This document shows positions 9,409 to 19,442 of a stretch of DNA of 53,441 nucleotides, piece by piece (positions within the stretch are counted from its first letter, which is position 1; each line of letters opens with the position of its first letter). A model generated the notes under the pieces. That model made no database searches. It saw only the letters and a program-made list of their open reading frames with translations, and had not been told where the DNA came from. The stretch is taken from assembly GCA_035271785.1 (NCBI GenBank), contig DATERH010000051.1:1-53441 (forward strand). The letters are read 5' to 3'. The position numbers and the translations under genes were made by a program. Origin of the DNA: Buttiauxella sp. (GTDB taxonomy: Bacteria; Pseudomonadota; Gammaproteobacteria; Enterobacterales; Enterobacteriaceae).

Positions 9409-10266
9409 ATGACTATGAATAAAATCGCCCAGGGTTTACTTGCCACTTTTGCGTTAGCCGCATCTGCTGCGGTTTATGCCGCCCCAAAATCAGAGGTGTT
9501 GATACTTTTATCTAGCGAGACACAATTGCCGCTACAAAATGGGAAAACCTATTCGTCAGGTTTCTATCTTAATGAATTGGGTGTCCCTGCTGATGAGCTT
9601 TTAAAAGCGGGTTACTCGCTGACGGTTGTGACCCCAAAAGGCAACCAGCCGAAGCCAGATACTCATTCCATTGATCCGATGTACTTTGGTAAAAATCCCA
9701 ATGAAATGCAGCGGATCTCAAAGGTGGTCGAGCAAGTCACCAGCGCGGGCAACGTCAAATCAGTCAAAGATGTGCTGGATGCCGGTACCGATCGCTATGC
9801 GGGTCTGTTTATTCCAGGCGGACATGCTCCGCTCATTGACTTGTCCAACAATGCTGATGTTGGCAAACTGCTAAGCCATTTCCATGCGGCGGCAAAACCG
9901 ACTGCCGCAATTTGTCATGGTCCGATAGCTCTGCTGTCCGCTCAAGACAACCCGCAGGGCTATGAAAAAAGTATCCTCGATGGTAAGCAAGGTGTGGCAA
10001 AGAACTGGATCTATTCTGGCTATAAGATGACGATTTTCTCAGACGCTGAGGAAACGATATTTGAAAACTCTTTGAACGGTGAAAAGCTGCGTTATTACCC
10101 TGCGCAGGCCATGGCTCAGGCGGGTGGTAAAATGAAGTTCTCTCCTGAATGGACGCCTAATGTCGTCACGGATCGCGAACTGATCACCGGGCAAAATCCG
10201 TTCTCGGACAAAGAACTCGCTAAAACATTCATTGCGGCACTGAATAAACAGATGGGTAAAAGCTGA
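9409..10266 (+). CDS. DJ-1/PfpI (Hsp31-like, class I glutamine amidotransferase fold) protein with signal peptide
   Basis: GFYLNE, FIPGGHAP, AICHGP nucleophile elbow, LITGQNP; N-terminal AxA-type signal peptide. Confidence 0.88.
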   Translation: MTMNKIAQGLLATFALAASAAVYAAPKSEVLILLSSETQLPLQNGKTYSSGFYLNELGVPADELLKAGYSLTVVTPKGNQPKPDTHSIDPMYFGKNPNEMQRISKVVEQVTSAGNVKSVKDVLDAGTDRYAGLFIPGGHAPLIDLSNNADVGKLLSHFHAAAKPTAAICHGPIALLSAQDNPQGYEKSILDGKQGVAKNWIYSGYKMTIFSDAEETIFENSLNGEKLRYYPAQAMAQAGGKMKFSPEWTPNVVTDRELITGQNPFSDKELAKTFIAALNKQMGKS

Positions 10267-10293
10267 GAATCGGATCCAGCATAAATCTATTTA

Positions 10294-10321
10294 AAGAAAC
10301 CAGCCTACAGGCTGGTTTCTT
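10294..10321 (+). terminator. Intrinsic terminator
   Basis: aagaaaccagcct-ac-aggctggtttctt perfect inverted repeat after the DJ-1 gene. Confidence 0.8.
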
Positions 10322-10604
10322 GCTTTCTGGCCATTAAGCACTATCAACACGTTGGATATTTGACCAATAATTTTATCATTACATTGCCTGCTTAATTTGC
10401 AATATAAATAAACGACATTTATTTCTGCCAACAGCATTAAAGAATATTTAATGCTGCCGAAAGTTTTACTTACCATACTGTCACAACCGAAATTATAAGA
10501 AAAAACTAGGTGTAAATCAGGATATTTACTGGCGGAAACAGTAACCCCATGGTAGTTAATTTATGTGTGCCTAATAATTTCACCTGCGCCCCTCGGAGAT
10601 AAAA

Positions 10605-11375
10605 ATGAAAAAACATATTCTCGTCTCATTCATTATCGCATTTTCAGGATTAAGCCATACTGCTTTTGCACAGCAGACCTTACGTCTTGGTGTCGATCCA
10701 ACGTTTCCTCCGTTTGAATCTAAAGCCGCTGACGGTTCACTTCAAGGGTTTGATATTGATCTAGGCAATGCAATCTGCGCACAGGCAAAAGTGACCTGCC
10801 AGTGGGTAGAAATAGGCTTTGACGCGACCATTCCTGCGCTTAATGCGAGGAAGTTTGATGTGATTCTTTCTGCTATGGCAATGACCGATAAGCGCCGCGA
10901 ACAGGTTGCATTTAGCGATATGCTTTATAACACTCCAAATGCGCTGATCGCCCTGAACAGCAGCACGCTGAGCAATGATACAGCATCACTTCAGGGCAAA
11001 AGAATTGGTGTGGCACAGGGCACTATTCAGGAAACCTACGCCAAAAAAAAATGGGAACCGCAAGGCGTTGAAGTCATCTCCTACGCCAATCAGATGGAGA
11101 TTTATCCCGATCTGGTTTCCGGGCGTCTTGATGGTAGCCTGACCAATATTATCTCTGCTGAACAGGGTTTTCTTAACCAGGAACAAGGCAAGAATTTTGT
11201 GGTAAAAGCCACTATCATCGACAATAAAGTATTTGGTGACGGTACTGGCGTTGCATTACGAAAAGGTGATGACCAGAATCTTAAACTAATTAACCAGGCA
11301 CTGGCCGAAATGCATAAAAATGGCACTTATGATCGTCTGGCGAAAAAATATTTTAATTATTCAGTTTATCCATAA
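10605..11375 (+). CDS. Polar amino acid ABC substrate-binding protein (ArgT/HisJ family)
   Basis: Signal peptide; DPTFPPFES, GFDIDL, IPALNARKFD, GTIQETYA, DLVSGRLD, GTYDRLAKKYF. Confidence 0.92.
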   Translation: MKKHILVSFIIAFSGLSHTAFAQQTLRLGVDPTFPPFESKAADGSLQGFDIDLGNAICAQAKVTCQWVEIGFDATIPALNARKFDVILSAMAMTDKRREQVAFSDMLYNTPNALIALNSSTLSNDTASLQGKRIGVAQGTIQETYAKKKWEPQGVEVISYANQMEIYPDLVSGRLDGSLTNIISAEQGFLNQEQGKNFVVKATIIDNKVFGDGTGVALRKGDDQNLKLINQALAEMHKNGTYDRLAKKYFNYSVYP

Positions 11376-11386
11376 GGAAATAAATA

Positions 11387-12481
11387 ATGATGGCAGCGAA
11401 TATTCCATTAGCGGATTATACCACGCAAAGATCACGTTTTATTTCCATGGCACAGACGAAAGGTGGAACACTTCATTCGTACCCACATCCCCTCAGTGGC
11501 CCTACGGGTGAATCCCTTTATACCGATGTTGCGCTTTTTGGCAGTGAGACTGCGTCACGCATGATGATTGTGATTTCCGGTACTCACGGGGTGGAAGGTT
11601 ATTACGGTTCAGAAAGCCAGATTGCCTGGCTTGCGCAATTTGAGAAGGATCAGTTACCTGCGGATACCGCACTGCTGCTCATCCATCTGCTTAACCCCTG
11701 GGGAACAGCCCATCTGCGACGCGTCAACGAAGACAATATTGATCTTAACCGTGGCTTCATCGATTTTTCGCAACCCTTCCCCAGCAATCCAGACTATCTG
11801 CGTTGGCACGATATCTACTCTGGTGAGCGGGCACTGGCCGATAGGCAACTGACATCAGCGTTGTCCACCAAAGGATGGCCTGCGCTAAAACGCGTGGTCG
11901 AAGCTGGGCAGTATCAGTACCCGACAGGTTTCTTCTATGGTGGCAGCCAACCGAGTTGGTCCATGCAAACTATGCAAACCATCATTGAGCGCTATCTCAG
12001 CAACGTCCATACCATTATCAGTTTTGATCTGCACACGGGTGCAGGTGCCTGGGGCCATCCGATGCTGCTTTCTGTTGCCGAACAGCAGTATCCCGCCCAC
12101 GAGTGGGGCAAGCGGATCTATGGTGAATCACTGACGCTGGTATTTACCGGTACTGGCCGCGATAGCGCTACTGGTATAGCGGCCTCAGCTACGGGTTATC
12201 TGTCTCAGTTTCTGCTCAATGCACTACCTGACACCCAGATTCTACCGCTGGTAGTGGAATGCGGAACATACCCCGCAGAAGAGATGCACCGGCGGCTGCG
12301 TAACGATCACTGGTTACATCTCAAAGGTGATCCTGCCAGTACTGAGGGCCAGGAAATCAAGCGTGACTTGGTGGAAGCCTTCTGGCCCGCCGATGAAGAC
12401 TGGCGGGCCCTGGTGGCATTTCGCACGCAGCAATTCTTCGTGCGAGGATGGCGTACACTACTAAACAGGTCGGAAGATTAA
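11387..12481 (+). CDS. M14-like Zn metallohydrolase (DUF2817 type), cytoplasmic
   Basis: SGTHGVEG (HxxE), NPWG...RRVNEDNIDLNR, DLHTG, VECGT. Confidence 0.85.
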   Translation: MMAANIPLADYTTQRSRFISMAQTKGGTLHSYPHPLSGPTGESLYTDVALFGSETASRMMIVISGTHGVEGYYGSESQIAWLAQFEKDQLPADTALLLIHLLNPWGTAHLRRVNEDNIDLNRGFIDFSQPFPSNPDYLRWHDIYSGERALADRQLTSALSTKGWPALKRVVEAGQYQYPTGFFYGGSQPSWSMQTMQTIIERYLSNVHTIISFDLHTGAGAWGHPMLLSVAEQQYPAHEWGKRIYGESLTLVFTGTGRDSATGIAASATGYLSQFLLNALPDTQILPLVVECGTYPAEEMHRRLRNDHWLHLKGDPASTEGQEIKRDLVEAFWPADEDWRALVAFRTQQFFVRGWRTLLNRSED

Positions 12482-13251
12482 AGTCGGCCATAAAAGGTCA
12501 TACGTGCGTTTTCTGATAGTGCGATATCCGGTTTAGTGTTGTAAGCCAGTACGACCAACATTCGCGTCACCTCACCTTCGGTGGGCGTGACGCGATGAAG
12601 CGAATTACGGCCCCGGAACAGCACCAGATCGCCGGGGTCAATCTCCAACTGCTCGACAGTGCGGCGTCCATCAAGGACTTCTGCTACTCCGTCGTAGTTC
12701 ATCTCACCCGCATCTGCATCGCGCAAATCCTTCACATACTGAAAAATACCGCCCGCTAACGGTTTTTGTAATAACAGGGTTATGGCGAACGATGAGTTAT
12801 CAAAATGCCAGCCCAATTCCTTACCATGCGGAGCATAGTGAATATTAATGGATGAGAGTGAGTCGGCATAAGAATAGAGCGCTTCTTCGCCCAGCACATC
12901 ACAAAGAAAAAACTGAAACTCAGCACTATTATAAAGTGTGCGTAACGGCGAATTGCTGGCAATTAAATCATCAGTGATGCAGCCTTTGGTACTGATTACA
13001 TCGCGATTGCGGGGGTGCTCAGCACTAAATTCTGGGTCAGTTTTCATCAGGTATGCGTTATGGTTGCTGACAGTGTGATACGCCTGATAGCGTTGTGCTT
13101 CTGCCTCACCGATAATGGTATTCAGGGCTGCGGGTTGCAAAAACTGGCGTAGTACCAGCGCACCGTTGGCGTTCAACTGCTCCCGGCAAGAGCGACGCCA
13201 GGCGATATCGTTAATCGGGTGCGCGTCGAGACTAATAATGGATTCAGGCAT
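12478..13251 (-). CDS. Fe(II)/2-oxoglutarate oxygenase, BesD/HalD-like fold with HxD triad
   Basis: ELGWHFDN (HxD), GGIFQY, PGDLVLFRGRNSLHRVTP...R; start probably ATG 13251. Confidence 0.75.
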   Translation of the reverse strand: MPESIISLDAHPINDIAWRRSCREQLNANGALVLRQFLQPAALNTIIGEAEAQRYQAYHTVSNHNAYLMKTDPEFSAEHPRNRDVISTKGCITDDLIASNSPLRTLYNSAEFQFFLCDVLGEEALYSYADSLSSINIHYAPHGKELGWHFDNSSFAITLLLQKPLAGGIFQYVKDLRDADAGEMNYDGVAEVLDGRRTVEQLEIDPGDLVLFRGRNSLHRVTPTEGEVTRMLVVLAYNTKPDIALSENARMTFYGRL

Positions 13252-13350
13252 ATGTGAAATTCTCATCGTTAGCAGGTGTGATTTTACTGTAATCCTCTGC
13301 ACGCTGAGTAGATAACTATAAATACTTAATACCTTGAAAAGGAAAAATTA

Positions 13351-14259
13351 ATGCCTGCACCGCAACTGCGATTACCCAAAATCAGCGTGATTAACTCGTT
13401 CAAAGCGGCGGCTGAATTGGGGAGCCTTGCAAAAGCGGCAGCTCAGTTGTCCCTCACCCCTGCCGCGGTTAGCCAGCAAATTCGTCAGTTGGAGGAACAG
13501 CTAGGCAGTGCACTTTTTGTCCGCACTCCAAACGGGGTGATGTTGACCGAAACAGGAAAAGAGTATTTACGCTATGTCACTGAGGCTTTTGATATTTTGC
13601 TGCTTGGCCAACAAAATATTCGCTATGCCGCTGCGGCACCCCGATTAACGCTCTACTCTTTGCCTTCACTGGCTACCAAATGGATATTGCCCGAGTTACA
13701 TAATTGGCGCGCCCATTGCCCGGATGTTGACCTGGCGTTACACGGCACCCATACGCAGGTAGATTTCAACACCATGCATGCCGATTTTGTCATCTGTTTT
13801 GGTGAAGAACGCTACACCCAACTGGAAAGGCAATTTTTATTTCACGATGAGGTGCTACCAGTAGCCAGCCCGGAATTGATTGCACGTTATCAGGGCCGGG
13901 AACTGTTAAGCGAGGCACCACTGATTCATCTCGACTGGGGGAATGAGGGGCGTTTTCTACCCAACTGGCAAAACTGGTTTCAGGCTAAAGAGATGGAAGA
14001 ACCTCAACCGCAACCCTCTTTCACTTTCAATCTCACTTCACTGGCATTGGAAGCCGCGTTCGCGGGCGCAGGGGTTGTGCTTGGGCAACGGCATTTGATT
14101 GCCAAAGAACTCGCATTAGGCACGCTTGTCGTCGTGGATGAGCTCAGTCTGCCGCTGAGTAAACCCTATTTTCTCGCCTGGCCACAAAGAACACTGAGCC
14201 AACCTGGAAGTAGCCAGTTAATCGCCTGGCTAGGATGGCTTGCCGGAACGAATCGTTAA
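13351..14259 (+). CDS. LysR-type regulator (GcvA-like)
   Basis: LSLTPAAVSQQIRQLEEQLG HTH; SLATKWILP; divergent from the oxygenase. Confidence 0.92.
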   Translation: MPAPQLRLPKISVINSFKAAAELGSLAKAAAQLSLTPAAVSQQIRQLEEQLGSALFVRTPNGVMLTETGKEYLRYVTEAFDILLLGQQNIRYAAAAPRLTLYSLPSLATKWILPELHNWRAHCPDVDLALHGTHTQVDFNTMHADFVICFGEERYTQLERQFLFHDEVLPVASPELIARYQGRELLSEAPLIHLDWGNEGRFLPNWQNWFQAKEMEEPQPQPSFTFNLTSLALEAAFAGAGVVLGQRHLIAKELALGTLVVVDELSLPLSKPYFLAWPQRTLSQPGSSQLIAWLGWLAGTNR

Positions 14260-14636
14260 TTAAAAGTACCGTGTTAGAGCAAGCATTGTGATCTTTCTCC
14301 TTTCCAAAAAGATTCACATAATTTCAATAACCCCAGCCTGTTGATTATTGCTGGGGTAGAAAACGAACTTAATACCCCACTCACCTATTTAATATTACAG
14401 AAGCTTCTCCCATTAAGACTAAACACTTGATTTACCATCCAGAAAACCGCCCATAAAATAACCCAAGCACAACTCAATTATTCCCAAACCAATTAAACAA
14501 CCATGATTCATATATCTCATGAATATATAATAAAATAAATCATGTTTTGTCAGTTACTGGTACAGGTATATAATCACTTCAGATTTCCAGACGAATAATC
14601 ACAATAACTTTTGGCACAAATAAGGAAGCAAGTAGT

Positions 14637-15398
14637 ATGGATTCCAGGGAAACAGTATTTTTATGCGCGGCTGCATTTTTTCTTGCGGGTTGTGTGCCAC
14701 ATTCTCCTATTGATGCAAAAAAAACTGGAGCATCTCGTTCAGAAAGTAATGCTAGTAAAAATGCTCTTGCACAGCAACTGACCGACAAAGATATTTTTGG
14801 GAATGAAACGACACTGTCAGTTTCTGAAGAAGATATTCAGGTAGCACTGGATGGCGAGAAATTTAATGTACCGCTGAATTCTGCCGTCATTCTGGTGCAG
14901 TCAGGTAACAAAGCGCCTGAAATGTCCATGCAGCAGGAAATGGAAAAATACTATCGGGTGTCGACATTCTCCGGCATCCCAGATAGACAAAAAGTAGCTA
15001 TATGTAATAAAAATGAGAGTGGGGATACTGTCGCCAGTGAAAACATGAACTATATGCAGGCATTACGTTATATTGCAGCGAAGGGACATCAAAAAGTAAT
15101 AATCGTTTACCAGGATACTTTACAGTCAGGAAAATATGACACTGTGACGAAAAACACAGTTTGGTCTGATTATAAAAACGAAAAACTCCCGGATGCAGCC
15201 TCACTACGTTACCTGGTACGTTTTTCTCTGGTGAATGTAGCAACGGGTGAATGGGCGACATGGTCACCGGTCAATTATGAATATAGCGTACTCCCGGTGC
15301 AGTCCGGAAATACAAATACGACAGAGCAACAAATTACTCAGCTTAAACAAAAAACGTTTGTAGCAGTGGTTAAAGATCTGGTGAACCGGTACCAATAA
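14637..15398 (+). CDS. Putative lipoprotein of unknown function
   Basis: Lipobox FLAGC after a hydrophobic stretch; AAGGAAG SD; 253-aa ORF. Confidence 0.7.
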   Translation: MDSRETVFLCAAAFFLAGCVPHSPIDAKKTGASRSESNASKNALAQQLTDKDIFGNETTLSVSEEDIQVALDGEKFNVPLNSAVILVQSGNKAPEMSMQQEMEKYYRVSTFSGIPDRQKVAICNKNESGDTVASENMNYMQALRYIAAKGHQKVIIVYQDTLQSGKYDTVTKNTVWSDYKNEKLPDAASLRYLVRFSLVNVATGEWATWSPVNYEYSVLPVQSGNTNTTEQQITQLKQKTFVAVVKDLVNRYQ

Positions 15399-15406
15399 AA
15401 TAGCAC

Positions 15407-15445
15407 CGCCCCCTGCCGTCTGTAATTTATGGCGGCAGGGGGGCG
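15407..15445. terminator. GC-rich hairpin between the convergent lipoprotein and vasL genes
   Basis: cgccccctgccgtc...ggcggcaggggggcg. Confidence 0.65.
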
Positions 15446-15561
15446 ATAAAGATATTACTTCCATCTTTAAGGTGTAACACGGAGATATATTAACAACTGT
15501 AACTTTAAGTTGAATGTCAGAAAAATAATATTTGCCATGTTAATACTCCTTAAGATTAGTT

Positions 15562-16890
15562 TTATTTCCCAGCTTTAGAATCGGTTGCCGTCTCCGGCAC
15601 AGTGGTGTCTTTCAGCAACAACCAGCGGCTTAACACCCCATCCAGCCGCTCATTAATTTGTTTCTCCAGCGCGTCGGTATTCTGCTTCTGCGCGCGTACA
15701 TCCTGGTACTGCGTCAGCAGGTATTCCAGGGGTATTTCCTGGTTCAGCGTCCGTTCTGCTTGATAGACCATGGTTTTGATAGAGGAGAGTGTAAAACCTT
15801 CTTTCGCTCGCTCACGCTGTACCAGTAATTCAGCGAATGCACGTAATTCCGTGCGTGTCTGCTGCCAACCTTTCAGCTGAGGGCTGTTTGCTGAGCGGCC
15901 TTTCAGCATGCCATTCCATTGTGCCGTTGCTTGTTGTTGCTGATGACTTTCAGGCCACTGGTTTCCTGCCGTGCGAACCATCCGTTGACCCGTTTCCAGA
16001 GGGTTCAACGGTGAAACAGTAAGGAGTTGCTGTAACCGTTGCTGATAATTAGCCTGCTCCGGTGAGACTAGCCACACAGTTGCAGTCCCCTGCGCCGTGT
16101 CGCGCACTGCACCAATTTGCTGCTGCATGGGATAAACCTGCCACCACCAGAATGCGGCGACCACAACGGCGCTACAGAACACGCCACCTGCAAATCCCTT
16201 AGCGACATTTCCCCTACGGGCTATAAGCTGGTTGGCTGCCACACTATGAACAGCCACTCTAATCTCCGGCAATTCAGGAAGGGGCGGTAGCAAACCGTGC
16301 GGGGTTTCCGCACTCTCTGGTGCGTACACCAGCGTCCGAACCGTTGGTTGTACTGGCGCGCTGGTTTTTGGCTGTGGCTCAAGTCGTTTTCGTGTGTTCT
16401 GCACAAAGTACAATAGATTTTCCACTCGTGGATGACGCTTCAACTCCACCTGCTGGAGTTTGTCGCAGATAAGCTGTAATGCCCGCTCAGTACGATAGAG
16501 TAGCGGTAGGTCAGCGTCAGAAAATGACAGTTGTTGGCGCAAGATATTGCCAGTACGAGTGTTAAACCAGTCGAGCATTTCGGTGCGCGCGGGGGCACTC
16601 TGCGGCCAGAATTTTTCCCATTCATGGCTTATCATCGCCGCCAGTAATTCAGTTCCTTCACAGAACCCTGCCAGCCCTTGGGTACGGGTGCGGGCCAGCG
16701 TATAGTAAGTGGCAGTATGCAAATCCACACCGTTGGCTTTAAAAATCGCCAGCGCCAGTGATTCCACCAGTTTCCAGTTCAGTTCCGGTTGCGATGGGTT
16801 ATTGGCTTTATTAATTTCCTCGCGAATAGCGCTGAATTCCGGCAGGTCGCGCGGATCGCTACCAGTAACGATGGTCTGTGTCTCTTTCAT
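15562..16890 (-). CDS. vasL: T6SS ImpA-N/VasL (TagA-like) membrane protein
   Basis: ImpA N-terminus TGSDPR..PEF.AIREEINK...NGVDL.TA.YY; central TM ending FWWWQ; VasL-like C-terminus. Confidence 0.88.
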   Translation of the reverse strand: MKETQTIVTGSDPRDLPEFSAIREEINKANNPSQPELNWKLVESLALAIFKANGVDLHTATYYTLARTRTQGLAGFCEGTELLAAMISHEWEKFWPQSAPARTEMLDWFNTRTGNILRQQLSFSDADLPLLYRTERALQLICDKLQQVELKRHPRVENLLYFVQNTRKRLEPQPKTSAPVQPTVRTLVYAPESAETPHGLLPPLPELPEIRVAVHSVAANQLIARRGNVAKGFAGGVFCSAVVVAAFWWWQVYPMQQQIGAVRDTAQGTATVWLVSPEQANYQQRLQQLLTVSPLNPLETGQRMVRTAGNQWPESHQQQQATAQWNGMLKGRSANSPQLKGWQQTRTELRAFAELLVQRERAKEGFTLSSIKTMVYQAERTLNQEIPLEYLLTQYQDVRAQKQNTDALEKQINERLDGVLSRWLLLKDTTVPETATDSKAGK

Positions 16891-17002
16891 TTTACTTATT
16901 CCTTGTATTTAATTGAGAACAAAATAACCACATGCAGAATAATCTTGTGCTCATTATATATTCCGCATGACTCTTACAAATTCAATATCGACAGATTAAA
17001 CA

Positions 17003-17470
17003 TTATTTAATAGAATCTACTTTGCTTTCCTGCTCAGGTGAATATGCTCTTTGTTTGCATATCTCTTTACTCTTAGCGTAATGACTACCTGATGACACTA
17101 TACTAGTCGAGTCGCATTTATAGTAATCCGTACCAAGAGGGCATATCGAAATAACCATAGATAAAAGAACACCGAAAACTAATGCGACAATACTGTAAAC
17201 TGTTACTGGGATCATTAGCTTATTAGTAATCGCAACAATTTTCTTTCTGCATGGAAGCAGAAGACAAATGATCAAACAATCCAATAAAATCATGACTGGA
17301 ATAAAAAACAACATAGGAATTTGCTTCCAGTCATAATAGATATAATCGTTATCTTTAATCAGCCCAACAAGTGTCTCACTACCAATGGTATAAAAAAACA
17401 CCACCGCAGTTGTTAGAAAAGAAAAAATAAAAACAGCGCCTACTATACCTTTCAGTTTTACAATATTCAT
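17003..17470 (-). CDS. DUF1240 (Tmi-like) membrane immunity protein, copy 3
   Basis: Three TM segments, then YYKCDSTSIVSSGSHYAKSKEIC; start MNIVKLKG at 17470. Confidence 0.75.
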   Translation of the reverse strand: MNIVKLKGIVGAVFIFSFLTTAVVFFYTIGSETLVGLIKDNDYIYYDWKQIPMLFFIPVMILLDCLIICLLLPCRKKIVAITNKLMIPVTVYSIVALVFGVLLSMVISICPLGTDYYKCDSTSIVSSGSHYAKSKEICKQRAYSPEQESKVDSIK

Positions 17471-17529
17471 AATATCAAAAACCCACTCATTATTATTGAT
17501 AAGCAAGAATCATTTCCAATCTGCTGGTT

Positions 17530-18000
17530 TTATTTTGGAGTTTCGACTTCACTGTCAACACTTGATGAATATGCCCTCTCTCTACATATCTCTTTACTCT
17601 TAGCATAATGACTACCTGATGATACTATACTAGTAGAGTCACATTTATAGTAATCTGTACCAAGAGGGTATACAGAAATAACCATGGAAAGCACGACACC
17701 AATAACAAATGAAGAGATACTGTAAACTGTAATTGGGATCATTAATTTTTGCATTACCAAAGCTATTCTTTTTCTCCAGGGAAGTAGTAACATACAGACA
17801 ATAAATAAATCAAATAAAACCATAACTGGCAGAAAAAGAAGTAAAGGGATTTGTTTCCAGTCATAAGAAATATAGTCATACCCTTTGATTAATTTTATTG
17901 TATCCGAGCCTGCTTCATTGTAAACAAAAACTACCCCACCCGTTAGAAACATAATAAGGAAAATAGCCCCTGCTATACCTTTCAGTTTTACAATATCCAT
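17530..18000 (-). CDS. DUF1240 (Tmi-like) membrane immunity protein, copy 2
   Basis: Close paralogue of copy 3 (identical PLGTDYYKCDSTSIVSSGSHYAKSKEIC); start MDIVKLKG at 18000. Confidence 0.75.
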   Translation of the reverse strand: MDIVKLKGIAGAIFLIMFLTGGVVFVYNEAGSDTIKLIKGYDYISYDWKQIPLLLFLPVMVLFDLFIVCMLLLPWRKRIALVMQKLMIPITVYSISSFVIGVVLSMVISVYPLGTDYYKCDSTSIVSSGSHYAKSKEICRERAYSSSVDSEVETPK

Positions 18001-18069
18001 AATACAAACACATCCTTTCATGATTAAAATGAGAATGAAGATTATCTACACTTAAAATATCTGCTAGCT

Positions 18070-18534
18070 TTATTTCTGAGTTTCATTTTGATCTTCACTG
18101 TCCGCTGAATATTCTTTCATCTTGCACATCTCTTTACTCTTAGCGTAATAACTACCTGACACAACACCGGTGGCGCTACATTGATAGTAATTAGTACCTA
18201 GAGGGTAAATAGATATCATTATAGAAAGTATAAACCCCAGAACCAATGCGGCGGCAGCATAGATTGTTGCTGGAATTATTAGCTTTAGCAAAATAGGAGT
18301 CGTTTGATTACTGAATGGAAGTAGTACACTCAAACAGAGTACATCGCCATAAATCATTACAGGCAGTGACAAAAAGGATGGAAAACTTCCCCAAGTATAA
18401 AAAACATAATCCTCACCATTAATCAAACCCATTATAGTTTTGCTGCAAGCATTATAAAGATAGATTATCATACTGGTTGCAAAGATAACCATCATTAACG
18501 CTACAAATTTTTTCTTAGATGTCTTAATATCCAT
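18070..18534 (-). CDS. DUF1240 (Tmi-like) membrane immunity protein, copy 1 (likely cognate)
   Basis: Starts 4 nt after the toxin stop; three TM segments and YPLGTNYYQC...SGSYYAKSKEMC. Confidence 0.75.
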   Translation of the reverse strand: MDIKTSKKKFVALMMVIFATSMIIYLYNACSKTIMGLINGEDYVFYTWGSFPSFLSLPVMIYGDVLCLSVLLPFSNQTTPILLKLIIPATIYAAAALVLGFILSIMISIYPLGTNYYQCSATGVVSGSYYAKSKEMCKMKEYSADSEDQNETQK

Positions 18535-18538
18535 AACA

Positions 18539-19423
18539 TCAATATTGTCCGTTCATCATAGAAAATAGATAGGGGGTGGTATTGTTGAGATTCCACTCAG
18601 TCACTTTCTGATACTCTTCCATTCCTTTTCTGATAGCTGAAATTAATTTTTCGGATAAATTATAATTCTCATCAATTTTGAAGAGTCCATAAGTAATTAT
18701 TACTCCCAATGCAACTATAAGAACTATTCCCAAAGCAACAGGAATAACGACACTATACCCCGCAGCAGCACCCACTGCCACTCCCCAGCCTGCTCCCGCC
18801 ACAGCCAATTTTGTCACAAATATAGTCACCACAATTTTAGCTACATCCATGGTGATATTCCCAATAAATGCGGCAACAGCCTCCCCGCTGTGATCGGAAA
18901 AAATAAACTCCATGACACGTTGAGCTGCTGCAAAATAAATGCAGAACCGTGCACCACTCATGATTCCGGCATTAATTCCTGCTTTTCCTATACCCAGCTC
19001 AAGGATTTGTGGGTGATTAACCGCATACCGGGTTCCATTCAAAATACGACGCAGAGAGGCATAACCGGTTATTTTAATATAGGTAACCCCCTTCTGAATG
19101 TAAGTCTCCGCCCTAATACCCAACCCTTTAAATCTAAAAACCAGCTTCTCAGCCTCTTTGTAGCTCATCAGTTTAGTAATATTTTTTACACCAGATATTG
19201 TGTCTTTTATATTGCCTGCAAAGGTGGTGCCGTAACTATAAAGATCCTTCACAACATCAAGTGCTTCATCCGTAGTTAACAGCATTATATGCTGCGTATT
19301 TTTTGATAATTGTGCTTCTAAATCGCGCTGACTTTGTATCCATGCATCCAGAATGGTACTGTTATTTCCCTTTCTGAAAGCATCCTCCGCATTATTCTCT
19401 AACCACTTGGAATAACCTGTCAT
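18539..19423 (-). CDS. Probable Tme-family membrane-disrupting T6SS effector
   Basis: ITGYASLRRILNGTRY core, long Gly/Ala-rich hydrophobic C-terminal helices; downstream of hcp and upstream of DUF1240 genes; GGGAGG SD. Confidence 0.65.
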   Translation of the reverse strand: MTGYSKWLENNAEDAFRKGNNSTILDAWIQSQRDLEAQLSKNTQHIMLLTTDEALDVVKDLYSYGTTFAGNIKDTISGVKNITKLMSYKEAEKLVFRFKGLGIRAETYIQKGVTYIKITGYASLRRILNGTRYAVNHPQILELGIGKAGINAGIMSGARFCIYFAAAQRVMEFIFSDHSGEAVAAFIGNITMDVAKIVVTIFVTKLAVAGAGWGVAVGAAAGYSVVIPVALGIVLIVALGVIITYGLFKIDENYNLSEKLISAIRKGMEEYQKVTEWNLNNTTPYLFSMMNGQY

Positions 19424-19442
19424 TTAAACATACCTCCCTAAT

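Noticed and set aside
12478-13251. Radical halogenase call
   Set aside because: The iron motif is HFD, not HxG/A
16284-16295. Second GGCGGTAG octamer
   Set aside because: Inside vasL on the antisense strand and lacking the terminal TG
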